DNA of 63,740 nucleotides, filler included, from Globobulimina sp. (taxonomy: Eukaryota), in assembly GCA_003354225.1 (NCBI GenBank). It is 43 parts of 43 records of this genome, joined end to end, with 100 filler letters (N's around TTAATTAATTAA, not from the genome) between each part and the next. Parts side by side here need not be neighbours in the genome. Positions count along the whole stretch, not along the records: positions 23,769 to 25,153 come from PIVH01017542.1; positions 25,254 to 26,638 come from PIVH01017543.1; positions 26,739 to 28,123 come from PIVH01017544.1; positions 28,224 to 29,608 come from PIVH01017545.1; positions 29,709 to 31,093 come from PIVH01017546.1; positions 31,194 to 32,578 come from PIVH01017547.1; positions 32,679 to 34,063 come from PIVH01017548.1; positions 34,164 to 35,548 come from PIVH01017549.1; 35 more parts are not named here. The stretch is one strand, 5' to 3'. Shown in pieces: positions 23,769-35,984 of this stretch (position 1 is its first letter; each line of letters opens with the position of its first letter). The notes beneath the pieces are model-generated. The model was not told where the DNA came from. It did not search any database and saw nothing but the letters and a program-made list of their open reading frames with translations. The translations under genes and the position numbers were made by a program.

Positions 23769-24229
23769 GAGATATTATTAAATATTTTATTGATTTTAAG
23801 TGCGGCCATTTCAATCTGTCTCATTTTATCACTATTTATTCGGTCCACGCTTTGCGGATATTCTTTATTTAACACATTTACATTTACTTCCATTTTATGC
23901 AATGATTCAAGGTTTTCTTCAATTTTATCATGTACTTTTTGCTCATTCTCGGCGATTCGCACTCTGATAATTGAAGGTGTTGAATGTAAAGATGCTAATT
24001 TTTGCATTGCAGAAATAGCCACAGATATTAATAATGCGTGATTTGCAAATAATTCAGGATCGGACATAAAATCTTTAAATGACGATGACAGCGCAGATAA
24101 TGTATCAGGTGTTGTCATATTATGTTTTATAAATATATGTTTAATATCATGTAAACCATTCTCATTAACCCAGCTATCGAAATTAAATGCTTTTTCCCCT
24201 TCATTTGCTGTTACATCCACATAACTCAT
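23769..24229 (-). CDS. SAM-like plus coiled-coil orphan protein, N-terminal part
   Basis: FDSWVNENGLHDIKHIFIKHNMTT is a SAM-like start, followed by heptad-rich sequence. Confidence 0.5.
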
Positions 24230-24290
24230 TGTTATTTGTTAACAACGCAGTGTTTCTTCGGATGGTTTCTGGGCTATATATTGACTTTAA

Positions 24291-25153
24291 ATGAAAAACT
24301 TTGTGTTAAGTAAAAATAGGATGAGATCACGACTTTTAAATCGCTCAAGACAGCAACGTCAATTATTGAAATATAAAATATGTACAAGATATAATAGCAA
24401 CACAAGCAACGCACTTTTACTCTCATCAGAACAACGTAGATTTAACAATCTTTATTTAGATCTATCGGCACAGGAACTCGACAGTGCATTCTTCCAACAA
24501 CAACTCGATTATTCACTATCGAAATGGAAAGGTGATGGAGTACGTGCTTTGTGGGCATATGTCCCAAATAATAAAGCAAAGCTTATCTCGACACTGATTG
24601 AGAGAGGATTTGATTTTCATTTTGCCAGTTCAGGATTCGTATTAATGTCCAAATGGATGAAGCAAAACAATGAAATAAATAAATTGCCACTCACTCCGTC
24701 AACACTCATTGGCGTTGCTGGTCTTGTTCATAATGGAAACGATGAAATATTATTAGTGCAAGAAAAGCACACATTTGTAGAGAGGAAATGGAAATTTCCC
24801 GGCGGTCTCTCCGATGCGCAGGAAAATATCGACACTGCCATCATACGAGAAGTGTATGAAGAAACTGGCATTAAATGCACATTTAAATCTATTTTAGGCT
24901 TCCGACACCAACATGGAATTAAATTTGCCGGTTCCACACCGAATTGCACCATTTCTGATTTTTATATTGTTTGCAGATTAATTGTCACAGAAACGCAAGA
25001 AATAAAGCATTGTCAAAGTGAGATTTTTGACGCAAAATGGATTCCATTGAATGAATTTGTACATGATATTGATTCGTGGCCAATAAATAAAGAATTTGCG
25101 CAGCTATTTGAGGCTAATTTGAATGCGTATAAAAAAGGGAATAATTTGGAGAT
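24291..25153 (+). CDS. Nudix hydrolase, NUDT6-like (partial)
   Basis: Nudix box GGLSDAQENIDTAIIREVYEETGI; pre-Nudix domain SLSKWKGDGVRALW...GFDFHFA. Confidence 0.9.
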
Positions 25154-25720
25154 NNNNNNNNNNNNNNNNNNNNNNNNNNNNNNNNNNNNNNNNNNNNTTA
25201 ATTAATTAANNNNNNNNNNNNNNNNNNNNNNNNNNNNNNNNNNNNNNNNNNNNAGAAACATCACATTATAGTCAGGTGTTACATGATTTAGATCATTAAA
25301 ATGACAAATCGTGATACCATAAATAGTAATATTATAAAATTATTCCTATCGTCACTGAGTATCGTGTAATTTTTTTTCACCATTCTTTTTTTCTATTTGT
25401 AAGTTTACGTTTATTTTAATTAATTATTTAGGTCCTGGTTTAAGTTATGACCTCGATGCAAACTGTGGTGTATACAAAAACTAGTTTGTGTTGGTTTGAT
25501 AATACAGATTCAAATTGAGGCTCTTAAAACAATAAAAACAAAAAAACGTTGGATTTCTACATGTCATGGGATCATTGGGATGTGTAGGGAACCAATTTGG
25601 CCTCCCTAGATATTGTCTAACTATCATGTGCATATTCATTCTTTATTTTTTATTTTTGTTTTAATGACATCAATTAAAAATACTTTAAAATGAAAATGAA
25701 AACCCAGTGACTAATTTACT

Positions 25721-26638
25721 GTGATTCATTTAACCTTTTTACAGATGGATATCATTTTTTGGTTGAATTTGTTTACGTTTATCTTAACAAAATCAAGTCT
25801 GATACCCAATGGTGAGGTTCCTAGCGGCGTTTGTTTTATACCAACAAAATTAATTCAAGCAGCGGAACAAGTACAAACTCCTTTAATTTCAGGAGATAAT
25901 GATGCATTTAATGCATTTATTGATCCAATGTTACGAATTGCAGTCCAATTAGGAACACTTGATTCAGCATCAAAATATGCGAAAAACAACAGAAAAAAAA
26001 ATCAACAATATAGAGACATGAAGAAAAGTGCTGAAGTGTATTATGTCGATTACTTTAATAATCGTAAGTTACGTAGCAACGAATAAAAACATTAATATTC
26101 CAAATATTTTAACACGTACAATTCACAAAGCAATGGCTGGCGACGATGTTTCTCACGGAATTTGGGACATTTCTTTCGGTCAAATTGTATTCAAATTTCA
26201 AAGCCCAATCGACGGAATGCCTCATGTACGTTTCTATATTTTCTGCATGATATAAATCTTTTTTTTTTTCGTAATATACCAAAAACACAAAGACAATAAT
26301 TTTTAATGGATTATTACCATCGATTGGCATCACAGGAACTGATTTAAAACAATGGGAACAACACATGCTCAAAAAGAAAAAATCGGAAAAAGAAGAAAGT
26401 GTTGAAAGTGCAAACAGTGCAGAAAGCGCGGAAAGCGCAGAAAGTGTAGAAAGTGCCGAAAGTGATGAAAGTGCAAAAAAAATACCATATCAAAACCAAG
26501 TTTTGCCTCTAGCAACACTTGAAAAACACTATCAAGATTTTTATATTGTTCACAATGATCCTGATCCAAAAACGGCGTACGCATTCACGATCCATCGAAA
26601 AAAATCCAAAGTTGGTACATTCACAAAACAATGGCCAT
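25721..26638 (+). CDS. Orphan multi-exon or disrupted coding region with (ESA)n repeats
   Basis: Consecutive + strand ORFs; 9-nt GAAAGTGCA-type repeats at 26395-26475. Confidence 0.35.
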
Positions 26639-27012
26639 NNNNNNNNNNNNNNNNNNNNNNNNNNNNNNNNNNNNNNNNNNNNTTAATTAATTAANNNNNN
26701 NNNNNNNNNNNNNNNNNNNNNNNNNNNNNNNNNNNNNNACAGATGAGGGTAATCCAGAGATAGAGATTAATTCCACCGCAATACATCCACATAATATTTT
26801 GCCATAACTATTAAAAATAGATTACAATTTTGTCAAAACTACAGTTTTTTAATTCTTGACCTTTATAATAGCCATTCTTACACCATTACTACTCCTCAAA
26901 CCTACTCCACTGCTCGGCGAACCTAAACCATCACAATAAACCACAAACTATCGATAGATACCACTACCACAGACATCCGACGTACATCCAATACAAATAC
27001 TTACTTCCAACC

Positions 27013-28123
27013 ATGCAACCAATGTACATTGCAGTTTGCATTTTATTTTTAATATACACCGTCGTCACAGAGCCGCCACCAAATGATGATGCCTGTGCCG
27101 CCACACTTATTCATATTGGTGATTCCGTCGTAGCCAATTTGACGCTCGAAGCTACCGCACAGCCCGGCGAAATATCTCCCGGTACTGCTGCATATTGGGG
27201 ATACGGCCAAGATGGATGGTACGGCGAGTACGACAGCGATGTTCAACATTCCATCTGGTACAAAGTCACCGCATTCGAATTGGAATTAAAAATGGTGGAA
27301 TATTCAGGTGTTTGTGTCAATACACAATTAGCTGTGTATACTGTTTCCGATTGCGCAGATTTTAACACATTTACATTGATCAAAGCAAATGATAATGCGG
27401 GGGAATGTTATGGCGCTGCGCACATTTATCCTTTTACTGAGTGTGCCACGCAAGAATATTACATTCAGGTTGATCCATTTTCAGTTTACGTTACAGCCAC
27501 AGGTCCCTTCCAAATGGAGGTGGCGGGCATGGAAGACGGCGCCTGTCCGGCAATGACAAATGACGATGTTTGCGATGCCAGGCAAATTGCAGTGGGCGAT
27601 GTGGTCATTGATGTATTGACTCAGTACGGCACCAATCAAAGCAAAGAAATAAGTCCAAATGGCATAGGTTGTACCGATCAAAGTGGATGGTGTAAGGATG
27701 AGCCAAATGTACAAAATTCGTTATGGTACAAAGTGACAGCATCAGAGTTAGAATTAAAAATGGTGTGTTATAGCGGTGTTTGTCTCGACACTCAATTGGC
27801 TGTTTATACTGCCACCGATTGTGGTGATTTTAGCACCTTTACGTTGGTGAAAGCAAATGACGACCAAAGTGACGACAATCGGGCTGCACATATATTGCCG
27901 TTTAATGCCAGTGCCAGTAATAACATTAGCCAATGTGTGGATTATTACATTCAAGTGGATGGATTTGCTTATCCGGGGCCCGAAGGTCTCACCACCGGCG
28001 TTTTCCAGATGAATGTGATTGGAGAATGTGAATGTAATTCGTGTACAGCTGCGCCTTCCTCTGCGCCTTCCTATGTGCCTACCTCTGCGCCTACGACGTC
28101 TTCGGAGTCTTCAGAGTCTTCAG
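27013..28123 (+). CDS. Secreted or surface protein with two tandem ~155-aa ND-x-x-C-x-A domains and an APS/APT stalk (partial)
   Basis: Signal peptide; duplicated NDD.C.A...EISP...GW...VQ.S.WYKVTA.ELELKMV.YSGVC..TQLAVYT..DC.DF.TFTL.KAND...YYIQVD. Confidence 0.8.
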
Positions 28124-28223
28124 NNNNNNNNNNNNNNNNNNNNNNNNNNNNNNNNNNNNNNNNNNNNTTAATTAATTAANNNNNNNNNNNNNNNNNNNNN
28201 NNNNNNNNNNNNNNNNNNNNNNN

Positions 28224-29572
28224 GCATTTAATAAATTTATATCATTGTTGGACATTGATTTGTCGCTCATACCCAATGTATCCATTTCCTTTTCAATTTT
28301 ATTTAAATCTTTTTTAATGTGCAATTTTGCATTTTTATTTTTCAATAAATAATATAAAGAGTAACCATCGTTTAATAATTCTTCGATCGCATATTCAAAC
28401 CTATAATTTTGAAACCATGTCATCAGAAAACATAAACATAACATCCATTGAAATAATAACAGAGCATGAATGATATTGAAACGGTTTGTATTGTCTGAGT
28501 CAAATATTTCTGTTAAAAACACAACAATTTCATGCAAGAACAGGGAAATTATTACAAATATGATTGAAAATATCTTAATAGAAACTGTCTCTTTTCCATA
28601 ACCACGATATTTGCTCGAAACACGTGATTTATATTCAATATTTTTATCAAACGGCGAGTTTGTATCACTTACAATGCTCTGCCGAACCCATTCTTTGTTA
28701 TCAAATTTAATTTCAATGTTTTCCTTCATTCTTTCTTGAGCCTCATACAATAATTTCTTTCGTCGATTTGGGATTGAATTTGCGTTATATTTGGCTAAGA
28801 TATTATTGCTAAATTCATTGGATAAATAAAACTGTGATTTGTTGGTTTCTTTTTTAAATCGAATAAATGTTCCAAATGAATATGCATTAAAATTAAATAT
28901 TAAATGATATGAATATTTCATAAAAGAAAATATGCACAGAATTAGGGATAATGCATTTGGTATAAAACTAAATGGATCCTGCAATGATACGGACAAAGTA
29001 ATATTGGCAAATGAGGCTAAAAATAATGTAAAAGTACAGGTTTTTGTGTAATTTATGGAAGGGAAATTTAGCAATGCGGTATGATATAAAATGTAAAAAA
29101 ATGTCCATAAAAAACTACTTAAACTGCCAATACACATTAATAATACATTTGAGGTATCCAAAAAATTAAATGTGAAGCCTGAGAAAGAGTGCGTGTCGGC
29201 CAATAATTTGTTAATATTATTATTTTGTGCGGTTGTTTTTTGTAAATAACATATGTTCGAGTTATCATCTTCAAAATGATAATATATGCCATCACTCTGT
29301 GTAACATTTATTTTTATTCTTTTTTTAGTGCGTTGACAAAGAAAAATACATACTTTGAGCGAGTGAATGCAGTTCAACAATCTGTTTATGGCTACGTTTA
29401 TTGTATAATTATAATGATTGCATAATGTATATGGTCCATGGTTTGGCCATTTTAATCCGTTATATTCCATATTGATGTTTATATTGATATATTTTAAAAA
29501 TAATGTTTTATTGTTGATAGAAAATAAATGATATTCATTCATATTATATTTGATATGTTGGTTGTAAGCCAT
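28224..29572 (-). CDS. Orphan membrane protein (internal fragment)
   Basis: About 450 open codons with ~5 hydrophobic segments. Confidence 0.5.
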
Positions 29573-29758
29573 TTCGAACGTGTTATGATTATTATGCAGA
29601 TATACAGGNNNNNNNNNNNNNNNNNNNNNNNNNNNNNNNNNNNNNNNNNNNNTTAATTAATTAANNNNNNNNNNNNNNNNNNNNNNNNNNNNNNNNNNNN
29701 NNNNNNNNTTATGTTGTCATGCGAATGTAGTTATATCTGCGAATGTTTTTTGTTTAGT

Positions 29759-30255
29759 TTCATCGAACAAGACCTGCAGACCCAGCTGGTATGGTTTATT
29801 ATGATGGATACAAAAAAGAATATACTTTTGGTTATTTTGTTGGTGTTGATTGCGACGGGTTATGTAGGTTGTATTATGGACATTGCGTAGGTTGTATTAT
29901 GGACAATGATATACAATTATGTTATGGATCGGATTTATTTCGTAGGCAAGGAGTATATTTGAGCCCAGGTGATAAGTGTTTAGCGGATGGAATATATGCA
30001 AGAATTAACGGACCATTTATTACACCAAATGCGTATTTGAGGAGAGCTTTAACTGTGGCTGAAACTCGATTTAATTGTATTCAAGCATGGGATCGGAGTA
30101 TAATTGAACATTATTTTGGGAGATTAAAAAATAAATTCCCCTTAGCGGATAATTTTACATTGCAAACAGATTCAATTAATCATGTTATTGTATGTTGTTT
30201 TATATTTAATAACATTATCATTAAATATCAAGAACCGTTGAGATATTATTCATGA
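29759..30255 (+). mobile_element. PIF/Harbinger (DDE_Tnp_4 / HARBI1-type) transposase, C-terminal exon
   Basis: YDGYKK...LADGIY...FITP...LT.AE.RFN...RSIIEHYFGRLKNKF...FNN matches the Harbinger YsgxK, D.GY, FN...R..iE..FG.LK motifs; TTTAG acceptor ends at 29758. Confidence 0.88.
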
Positions 30256-30742
30256 CATCAACTTATTTTATTTTTTCAATTTTTTGTTTGTTTTTAATAT
30301 TATTTGTAATTGTATGTAAATGTAATTTTTTGATGTGTTTATCAACTGTTGATTTATTTTTGTTGCAACAGAAACGTTTGTATCCTTGCACAGTGTCTGT
30401 ATCCTTGCACATAATTATTTAGAAAGTCAACGAAAATAAAAGCAAATAAATTACAAGATTTACAACATGAGATATGAGACATGCAACTGTTAAAAATACA
30501 AAACAAAATTATAAATAAGTTTCTGTCTCAATAGATCATGGAAAATTGTACAGAAATGTATTGCATTGCAATAAAAATACAAAAAATAAACAGCATAAAA
30601 ATGTATTGCATATTATTGCAATACGTGGAATAAACAGCAAAAAAAATCACTTCACACACCAAAAAATACAAAAAAAAAACAGGAAATTATTTTGAAACAC
30701 ACACAATACAACAAAGCAAAAGTCAAGCAAATGACGAAAGAG

Positions 30743-31093
30743 TTAGTGTGCTTTTTTAATATGATTTATAATTTTAATTTGATGTGCAAGCAATGTAATA
30801 CCCATTCTATTCAAATCACTCTCATTATTTATTTCTTGTATCATTTCAAGCGAATCAAAACCATTTTGAATAAACATATCATAATATCTAAGCAATCCAA
30901 TTGAATCCAACCACAAATTAATCTCTTTAGCTCCATCCTCATTAATATCATACTCAATCCCTTCAATCAAATCATTCTCCGCATGTTTAGGCATACTGCC
31001 TGGCTCATTATCAATTATTTGTTTTTCTTCATGATCAAAATCGTCAATATGACCACCATCAGTTTCAACCACATTAACACCATATACATTATC
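30743..31093 (-). CDS. Protein ending in a SAM domain (C-terminal fragment)
   Basis: INLWLDSIGLLRYYDMFIQNGFDSLEMI...DLNRMGITLLAHQIKII. Confidence 0.85.
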   Translation of the reverse strand, partial: DNVYGVNVVETDGGHIDDFDHEEKQIIDNEPGSMPKHAENDLIEGIEYDINEDGAKEINLWLDSIGLLRYYDMFIQNGFDSLEMIQEINNESDLNRMGITLLAHQIKIINHIKKAH

Positions 31094-31193
31094 NNNNNNN
31101 NNNNNNNNNNNNNNNNNNNNNNNNNNNNNNNNNNNNNTTAATTAATTAANNNNNNNNNNNNNNNNNNNNNNNNNNNNNNNNNNNNNNNNNNNN

Positions 31194-31666
31194 CATTACA
31201 AATAAAGAATGGATATACAATTCAGCGCATTACAAAAGAATCCAATTGGTATACTGGCTTTGGCTCAGAATATGTGTCAAAAGGACAAGTAAGACGGTGG
31301 AAAATACGATTAATGTCAGCAGGCAATGCGGCTTTTTTTCATTCATATGTTGGTATTTGCGATGTGAATAAATTGGATCGCAAAATGGAAGGACCGGTGT
31401 CTGACACCAAAAATGTTCAATATGCGATGCATTTAAAAACTGGGCATAAATGTCATGAATTAAGGGATGGCAAACCATACACACAACGATGTAAAAGAGG
31501 TGATGTTGTTGAGATGGTTTTAAATATGAAAGGCAAAAAAAAAGCAACTTTAAAATATATTATCAATGGGAAAGATTGTAAGGTTGCATTTGATAAAATT
31601 GATGAGAAGAAATGCTATAAATTAGCCATTTCAATGCAAAAACCAGAGACTCTTGCGTTGATATGA
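31194..31666 (+). CDS. SPRY/B30.2-like domain protein (C-terminal fragment)
   Basis: WKIRL...YVGI...KRGDVVEMVLNM...TLKYIINGKDCKVAF...YKLAISM. Confidence 0.65.
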
Positions 31667-31729
31667 AGGCAAAAAACATTTTAACTGTAAAGTTTTCATT
31701 TTTTAGTGTGACCATCCTCGCGTTTTTGT

Positions 31730-32416
31730 ATGGAGGAGCAAGCTGAAAACGTATTGAAGGATCAACGGAAAGCATTATCACATTTTTTAGCAATTATTTC
31801 AACCTCGACATCGGCGGATAACATTGCCAATGCGTTTAAACTATTTTTGTTATATGATGGAAAAGTGCAAAAATTTATGAATCAAGTCATTGAGCATCAA
31901 AAGATTACGAAAGAGATTCAGGACTTAAATAAGGAATTGTCAGTGGTTAATAATGACATTAAAAATTATGTAAACGACTTGAATAAAATTGACTGTAATT
32001 TGACCAATTTGATGAGTGAATCATTAATTTATCAAACAAATAGTGATAAGACGGAGAATAAGGAGGACATTGACGAGAAACAAATGTTTGAATTGGACGA
32101 TTTGATTGCGGCTTCATACAATTTACGCAATGGAACAGCGGCAAAACAAATAAATTTATTAACAAATGAAAATATTAAAGAACAGATACCGATAAAATAT
32201 CCAATTCCAGAGACTCTTACGATAAATAAGTCGATATTGCATTGTCCAGCTGATAAATTAAAAAATGAATTTTTGAATAAAATAAAGGATAATATGGAAG
32301 ATAATAAAAATGAGATAGAGTCTGAGGATTCATATGAGGATTATGATGAGGATGACGATCTGGATGAAGAGGATACTGGTTTAGACGGCTTGTTTTCCAA
32401 CAACGGATGTTTTTAA
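31730..32416 (+). CDS. MED4: Mediator subunit 4-like protein
   Basis: EHQKITKEIQDL coiled coil, LDDLIAASYNL and YPIPE...KSIL align with the Med4 pattern; acidic tail. Confidence 0.55.
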   Translation: MEEQAENVLKDQRKALSHFLAIISTSTSADNIANAFKLFLLYDGKVQKFMNQVIEHQKITKEIQDLNKELSVVNNDIKNYVNDLNKIDCNLTNLMSESLIYQTNSDKTENKEDIDEKQMFELDDLIAASYNLRNGTAAKQINLLTNENIKEQIPIKYPIPETLTINKSILHCPADKLKNEFLNKIKDNMEDNKNEIESEDSYEDYDEDDDLDEEDTGLDGLFSNNGCF

Positions 32417-32465
32417 TTTCTTTGAGTCCGACAAAACTTTGCATTTTTTTTATCTACGTTCAATA

Positions 32466-32578
32466 GGGTTTTTGCTTTTAGTTCATTTCTTCAATCAACA
32501 TTTAAATTTTCTATTTTTACTAACATTTGAGTGCTTCACTTTGTAACTAAGTATGCTGACCATGGGCAATAACTCTTT
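32466..32578 (+). mobile_element. Second, diverged copy of the GGGTTTTTGC element terminus
   Basis: Clearly similar to 20919-21035, including the ORF start (MLTMGNNS vs MLTINNHA); upstream flanks differ. Confidence 0.75.
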
Positions 32579-32839
32579 NNNNNNNNNNNNNNNNNNNNNN
32601 NNNNNNNNNNNNNNNNNNNNNNTTAATTAATTAANNNNNNNNNNNNNNNNNNNNNNNNNNNNNNNNNNNNNNNNNNNNAAATTCGTAGATATCGTTCATG
32701 CCCAACTCAAACTCAACAATGACATTTATGATATCCTTCAATAAGCCTTCCGGATGAATATGCAGTTTGAACTCCGATATTTTCAACAAAGAAACCAACA
32801 TCGTCGTACATTGCATATGTTTTCGGCTGTTATGAATCT

Positions 32840-33844
32840 TTGAGTATGTTTGGTGTGGTTCTAATACATTGTTTCAAGAATATTCATATGTTGACCAATA
32901 TTAACATGCTCTTTTTTGAAATAATCATATTTTCGTGGACGCTCTGTTTGTTTTGTCACATTTGCGGCGCAGTTATTTTATGGCGCAGAGGACATTCCAT
33001 TACAAACCGATTGAAACAATTAAAAATCGCAATGACTGTTTCATTGCTGAAGCACCACCAACACAAATCATTTGATGACGACATACATATCGGAGAAGCA
33101 TTTGTGGCGTTAGAAAGATGGTGCAATTTATCGGAGATTCGTTTGAATGATAAATTTAATTCTGTCAAAATATTAATGTTGACGTTGCAGAAATATATAT
33201 TGCCATTATCGATAGCTTTATGTATTTTAATTGATCCAACCGGCTCGAAATGGTACGCATATATCTCCATATTATTATATTATTTACATTTGCATATTTT
33301 ATATGAGATATTCCATAATGAGCGACATGCCATGGTTGCCTTTGCGAGGGTTACTTTATTTTGGGGCATATTTATAAGCATTGTGGCTGCCATTGCCTCT
33401 GCGACGACAAATAAAAAATCTTCATCCAGATCAGCGTCGGCAACCTCCTCTGCTGCTCCTTCGTCCTCACAGGAAGCGAATTTCTTGGCTGGTTTAGCCG
33501 GCTTGCTATTGTTTGGTATATTTATTGCGGTATTTGATGTGTGTTGGTTTTTTAGTGACAATCCAGGAAGGAAAAGATTAATATTTTTTGTGATTTTAGT
33601 CAATTTTACATATATTGGTGGCTGTTTCTATATGTTTGATCAATCAATAATAATAATCACAATATTTTTCACTATTTCATTGATTCATTGTCAAATTGTA
33701 TTCAATCAAATCATTGACTGTGTATTGTATGGCGATGTCGACCAGTATTTGGATCTGCAAATTCCAAATAATTTTTTTATAAATTCGTATTTTCAGTCCT
33801 TTTGTGGAATGACAAATGCTACTTTTGCTGAATTGATACATTAA
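32840..33844 (+). CDS. Orphan multi-pass membrane protein
   Basis: 334 codons, ~7 hydrophobic segments and a Ser/Ala linker. Confidence 0.55.
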   Translation: MSMFGVVLIHCFKNIHMLTNINMLFFEIIIFSWTLCLFCHICGAVILWRRGHSITNRLKQLKIAMTVSLLKHHQHKSFDDDIHIGEAFVALERWCNLSEIRLNDKFNSVKILMLTLQKYILPLSIALCILIDPTGSKWYAYISILLYYLHLHILYEIFHNERHAMVAFARVTLFWGIFISIVAAIASATTNKKSSSRSASATSSAAPSSSQEANFLAGLAGLLLFGIFIAVFDVCWFFSDNPGRKRLIFFVILVNFTYIGGCFYMFDQSIIIITIFFTISLIHCQIVFNQIIDCVLYGDVDQYLDLQIPNNFFINSYFQSFCGMTNATFAELIH

Positions 33845-34386
33845 ATTTTAAATTGATGCAAATGAGTCGCTTTAATTCAGAGTGAAAAGATTGAACATAT
33901 TCATGCAAACAGGTTTGTTTATGTAGAGCAGGAACACTCTCTCTGTTATACTTTAAAAGGAAATATTAATTATAACATTCGGAATTAATAATATTTAGAA
34001 GAACAAATTAATCTGATATCATATTTAAATGTGATCTGATCTGATATTTATTTTTGAATTATTNNNNNNNNNNNNNNNNNNNNNNNNNNNNNNNNNNNNN
34101 NNNNNNNTTAATTAATTAANNNNNNNNNNNNNNNNNNNNNNNNNNNNNNNNNNNNNNNNNNNNTATAAAATAATAGTTATACTTTAGGTGACTTTGTTTC
34201 GCAGCCAAACTAAAACAAAGTTAGACAGACACTGCGAAATAAGTATGCACCTAAAATATTTTATAAAACGTAATGACAAACACAAACTAAAAACTATATT
34301 CAATGCAAAATTAACGGCTAAACATTGAAGAAAAAAAATTATATAAAAAAAAACAATCATTAAATTTTTAGTGCAATTAATTCTAA

Positions 34387-35193
34387 TTAAATTGCTGTAT
34401 AACAATCTTCGTCATTCTCCTCAGAAATTAGTGCTTGCATTTCACCAAACGACGTGTCCACCACTTTCTTATTTGATTTATAAAATCTGTGATAAAACCT
34501 ACATACCGCAAAAACCAACACCATGCACAATAACACCAATACAAAAATCAACGAAGTCGCGGATTGTCCAAAAAAATATAAGGAATCGCTTGAAGACCGC
34601 TCATGATTTTTAACAGATTGAGGTTGCGGCAAACTTTCCGTTTCAGTTTGCAATGTTTTTGTAAGTGTCAAGGCAACACAATCACGTTGAGATGCGCCAT
34701 GATTTGCGTACTCTGCCCTTCTGCCGTATGCCCACATTACACTTAACTCATCGTCTTCTGTCGAAAATGCATAATATGAATCATCAATATCTTGCGATCG
34801 ATATGAAGACAAAGGCCGCGAAACAATGACTGTACGTAATTCTCCAGATATTGTATCTTGTTGAACCTCAAAGGTCGAATCAAGTGTGTCGCCCGCGGAA
34901 TGACCACCTAATAATTGTTCGTATGGCGTGGGATCTGCCGCAGTCTGACCAGGTACTATCAAGGCCCACGTATCTGACATTTTGCATGAACCGGTACTAT
35001 CAACGCCGATCGCATAATATACACTGCTTGGACCGGTAATACTTATTTTCACAAAGTCTTCTAAATCAGAGACAGACATTGAAATTGTCATAGCGCCCAT
35101 TTCGGTTAATGTTGCGTCGTCAACTTCGGTGAGATAATTGAGACTCATGGTGCATGAATAACACGTCCATATAATAAAGAATAACACGTCCAT
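34387..35193 (-). CDS. DOMON-domain type I membrane protein
   Basis: Signal peptide; ITGPSSVYYAIG...KM...RTVIVSRPL...VMWAYG...NHG (Met/His in heme-ligand-like positions); C-terminal TM helix. Confidence 0.75.
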   Translation of the reverse strand: MDVLFFIIWTCYSCTMSLNYLTEVDDATLTEMGAMTISMSVSDLEDFVKISITGPSSVYYAIGVDSTGSCKMSDTWALIVPGQTAADPTPYEQLLGGHSAGDTLDSTFEVQQDTISGELRTVIVSRPLSSYRSQDIDDSYYAFSTEDDELSVMWAYGRRAEYANHGASQRDCVALTLTKTLQTETESLPQPQSVKNHERSSSDSLYFFGQSATSLIFVLVLLCMVLVFAVCRFYHRFYKSNKKVVDTSFGEMQALISEENDEDCYTAI

Positions 35194-35423
35194 TTATATT
35201 CGACTGTTCTATGTGTGTTGTTGCGGAGATGTGATGAGAGTTGTGGTGAGGATGTTTTTTGGAGTTTTTCAGCAAAAGTTACATGATTATGGATGCTCAA
35301 AATCTCAAAATATGGATCCCCGCCATATCGATTTTATATGAATGTGAATGTACATATACAAAAAGGTACATTCACATTCAAATTTTGCAATTAGGTGATG
35401 ATGCAAAAATTATTAAATTAATT

Positions 35424-35471
35424 GTGATGATCTTATTAAAGAAGATATGGGTTCAAATCCCAATCATCACA
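35424..35471 (+). ncRNA. D-armless copy of the tRNA-like element
   Basis: GTGATG-ATCTT ATTAAAG AAGAT-ATGGG TTCAAAT CCCAA-TCATCAC-A, then a T-run; homologous to 5369-5431. Confidence 0.5.
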
Positions 35472-35984
35472 TTTTTTTATTTATTATAAAAGAAACGTTT
35501 TAGATTTTACTGCATGTACAAATTCTTAAAACGTTTCTATTTTACTGTNNNNNNNNNNNNNNNNNNNNNNNNNNNNNNNNNNNNNNNNNNNNTTAATTAA
35601 TTAANNNNNNNNNNNNNNNNNNNNNNNNNNNNNNNNNNNNNNNNNNNNGCCAAAGAGTATTCAATTTGGTGAAAATACTCCAATGGCAAAATGTAAAAAT
35701 ACAAATGGTAGAATTCATGATCATGATGAAACTGATTTTGTTCAAATGTGTGATACGCCGAGTGAACCACCGGCATATCCAATATGCAATTGCAAATGTT
35801 GTCGCTCTTGTATCGTATTATAATAATAATCGTTTCTACAGAACTTGTAGTTCAGTGCAAGGATCGCAAATTGTGCTGTATTCAATACTAAATATCTTGG
35901 CTACTGACTAGCTTACTTCATGAAAACTTTAATAAGTAGTCATCGTTTTATTTAAAGTACACTTACGACTGCATCCTTCCAAAA

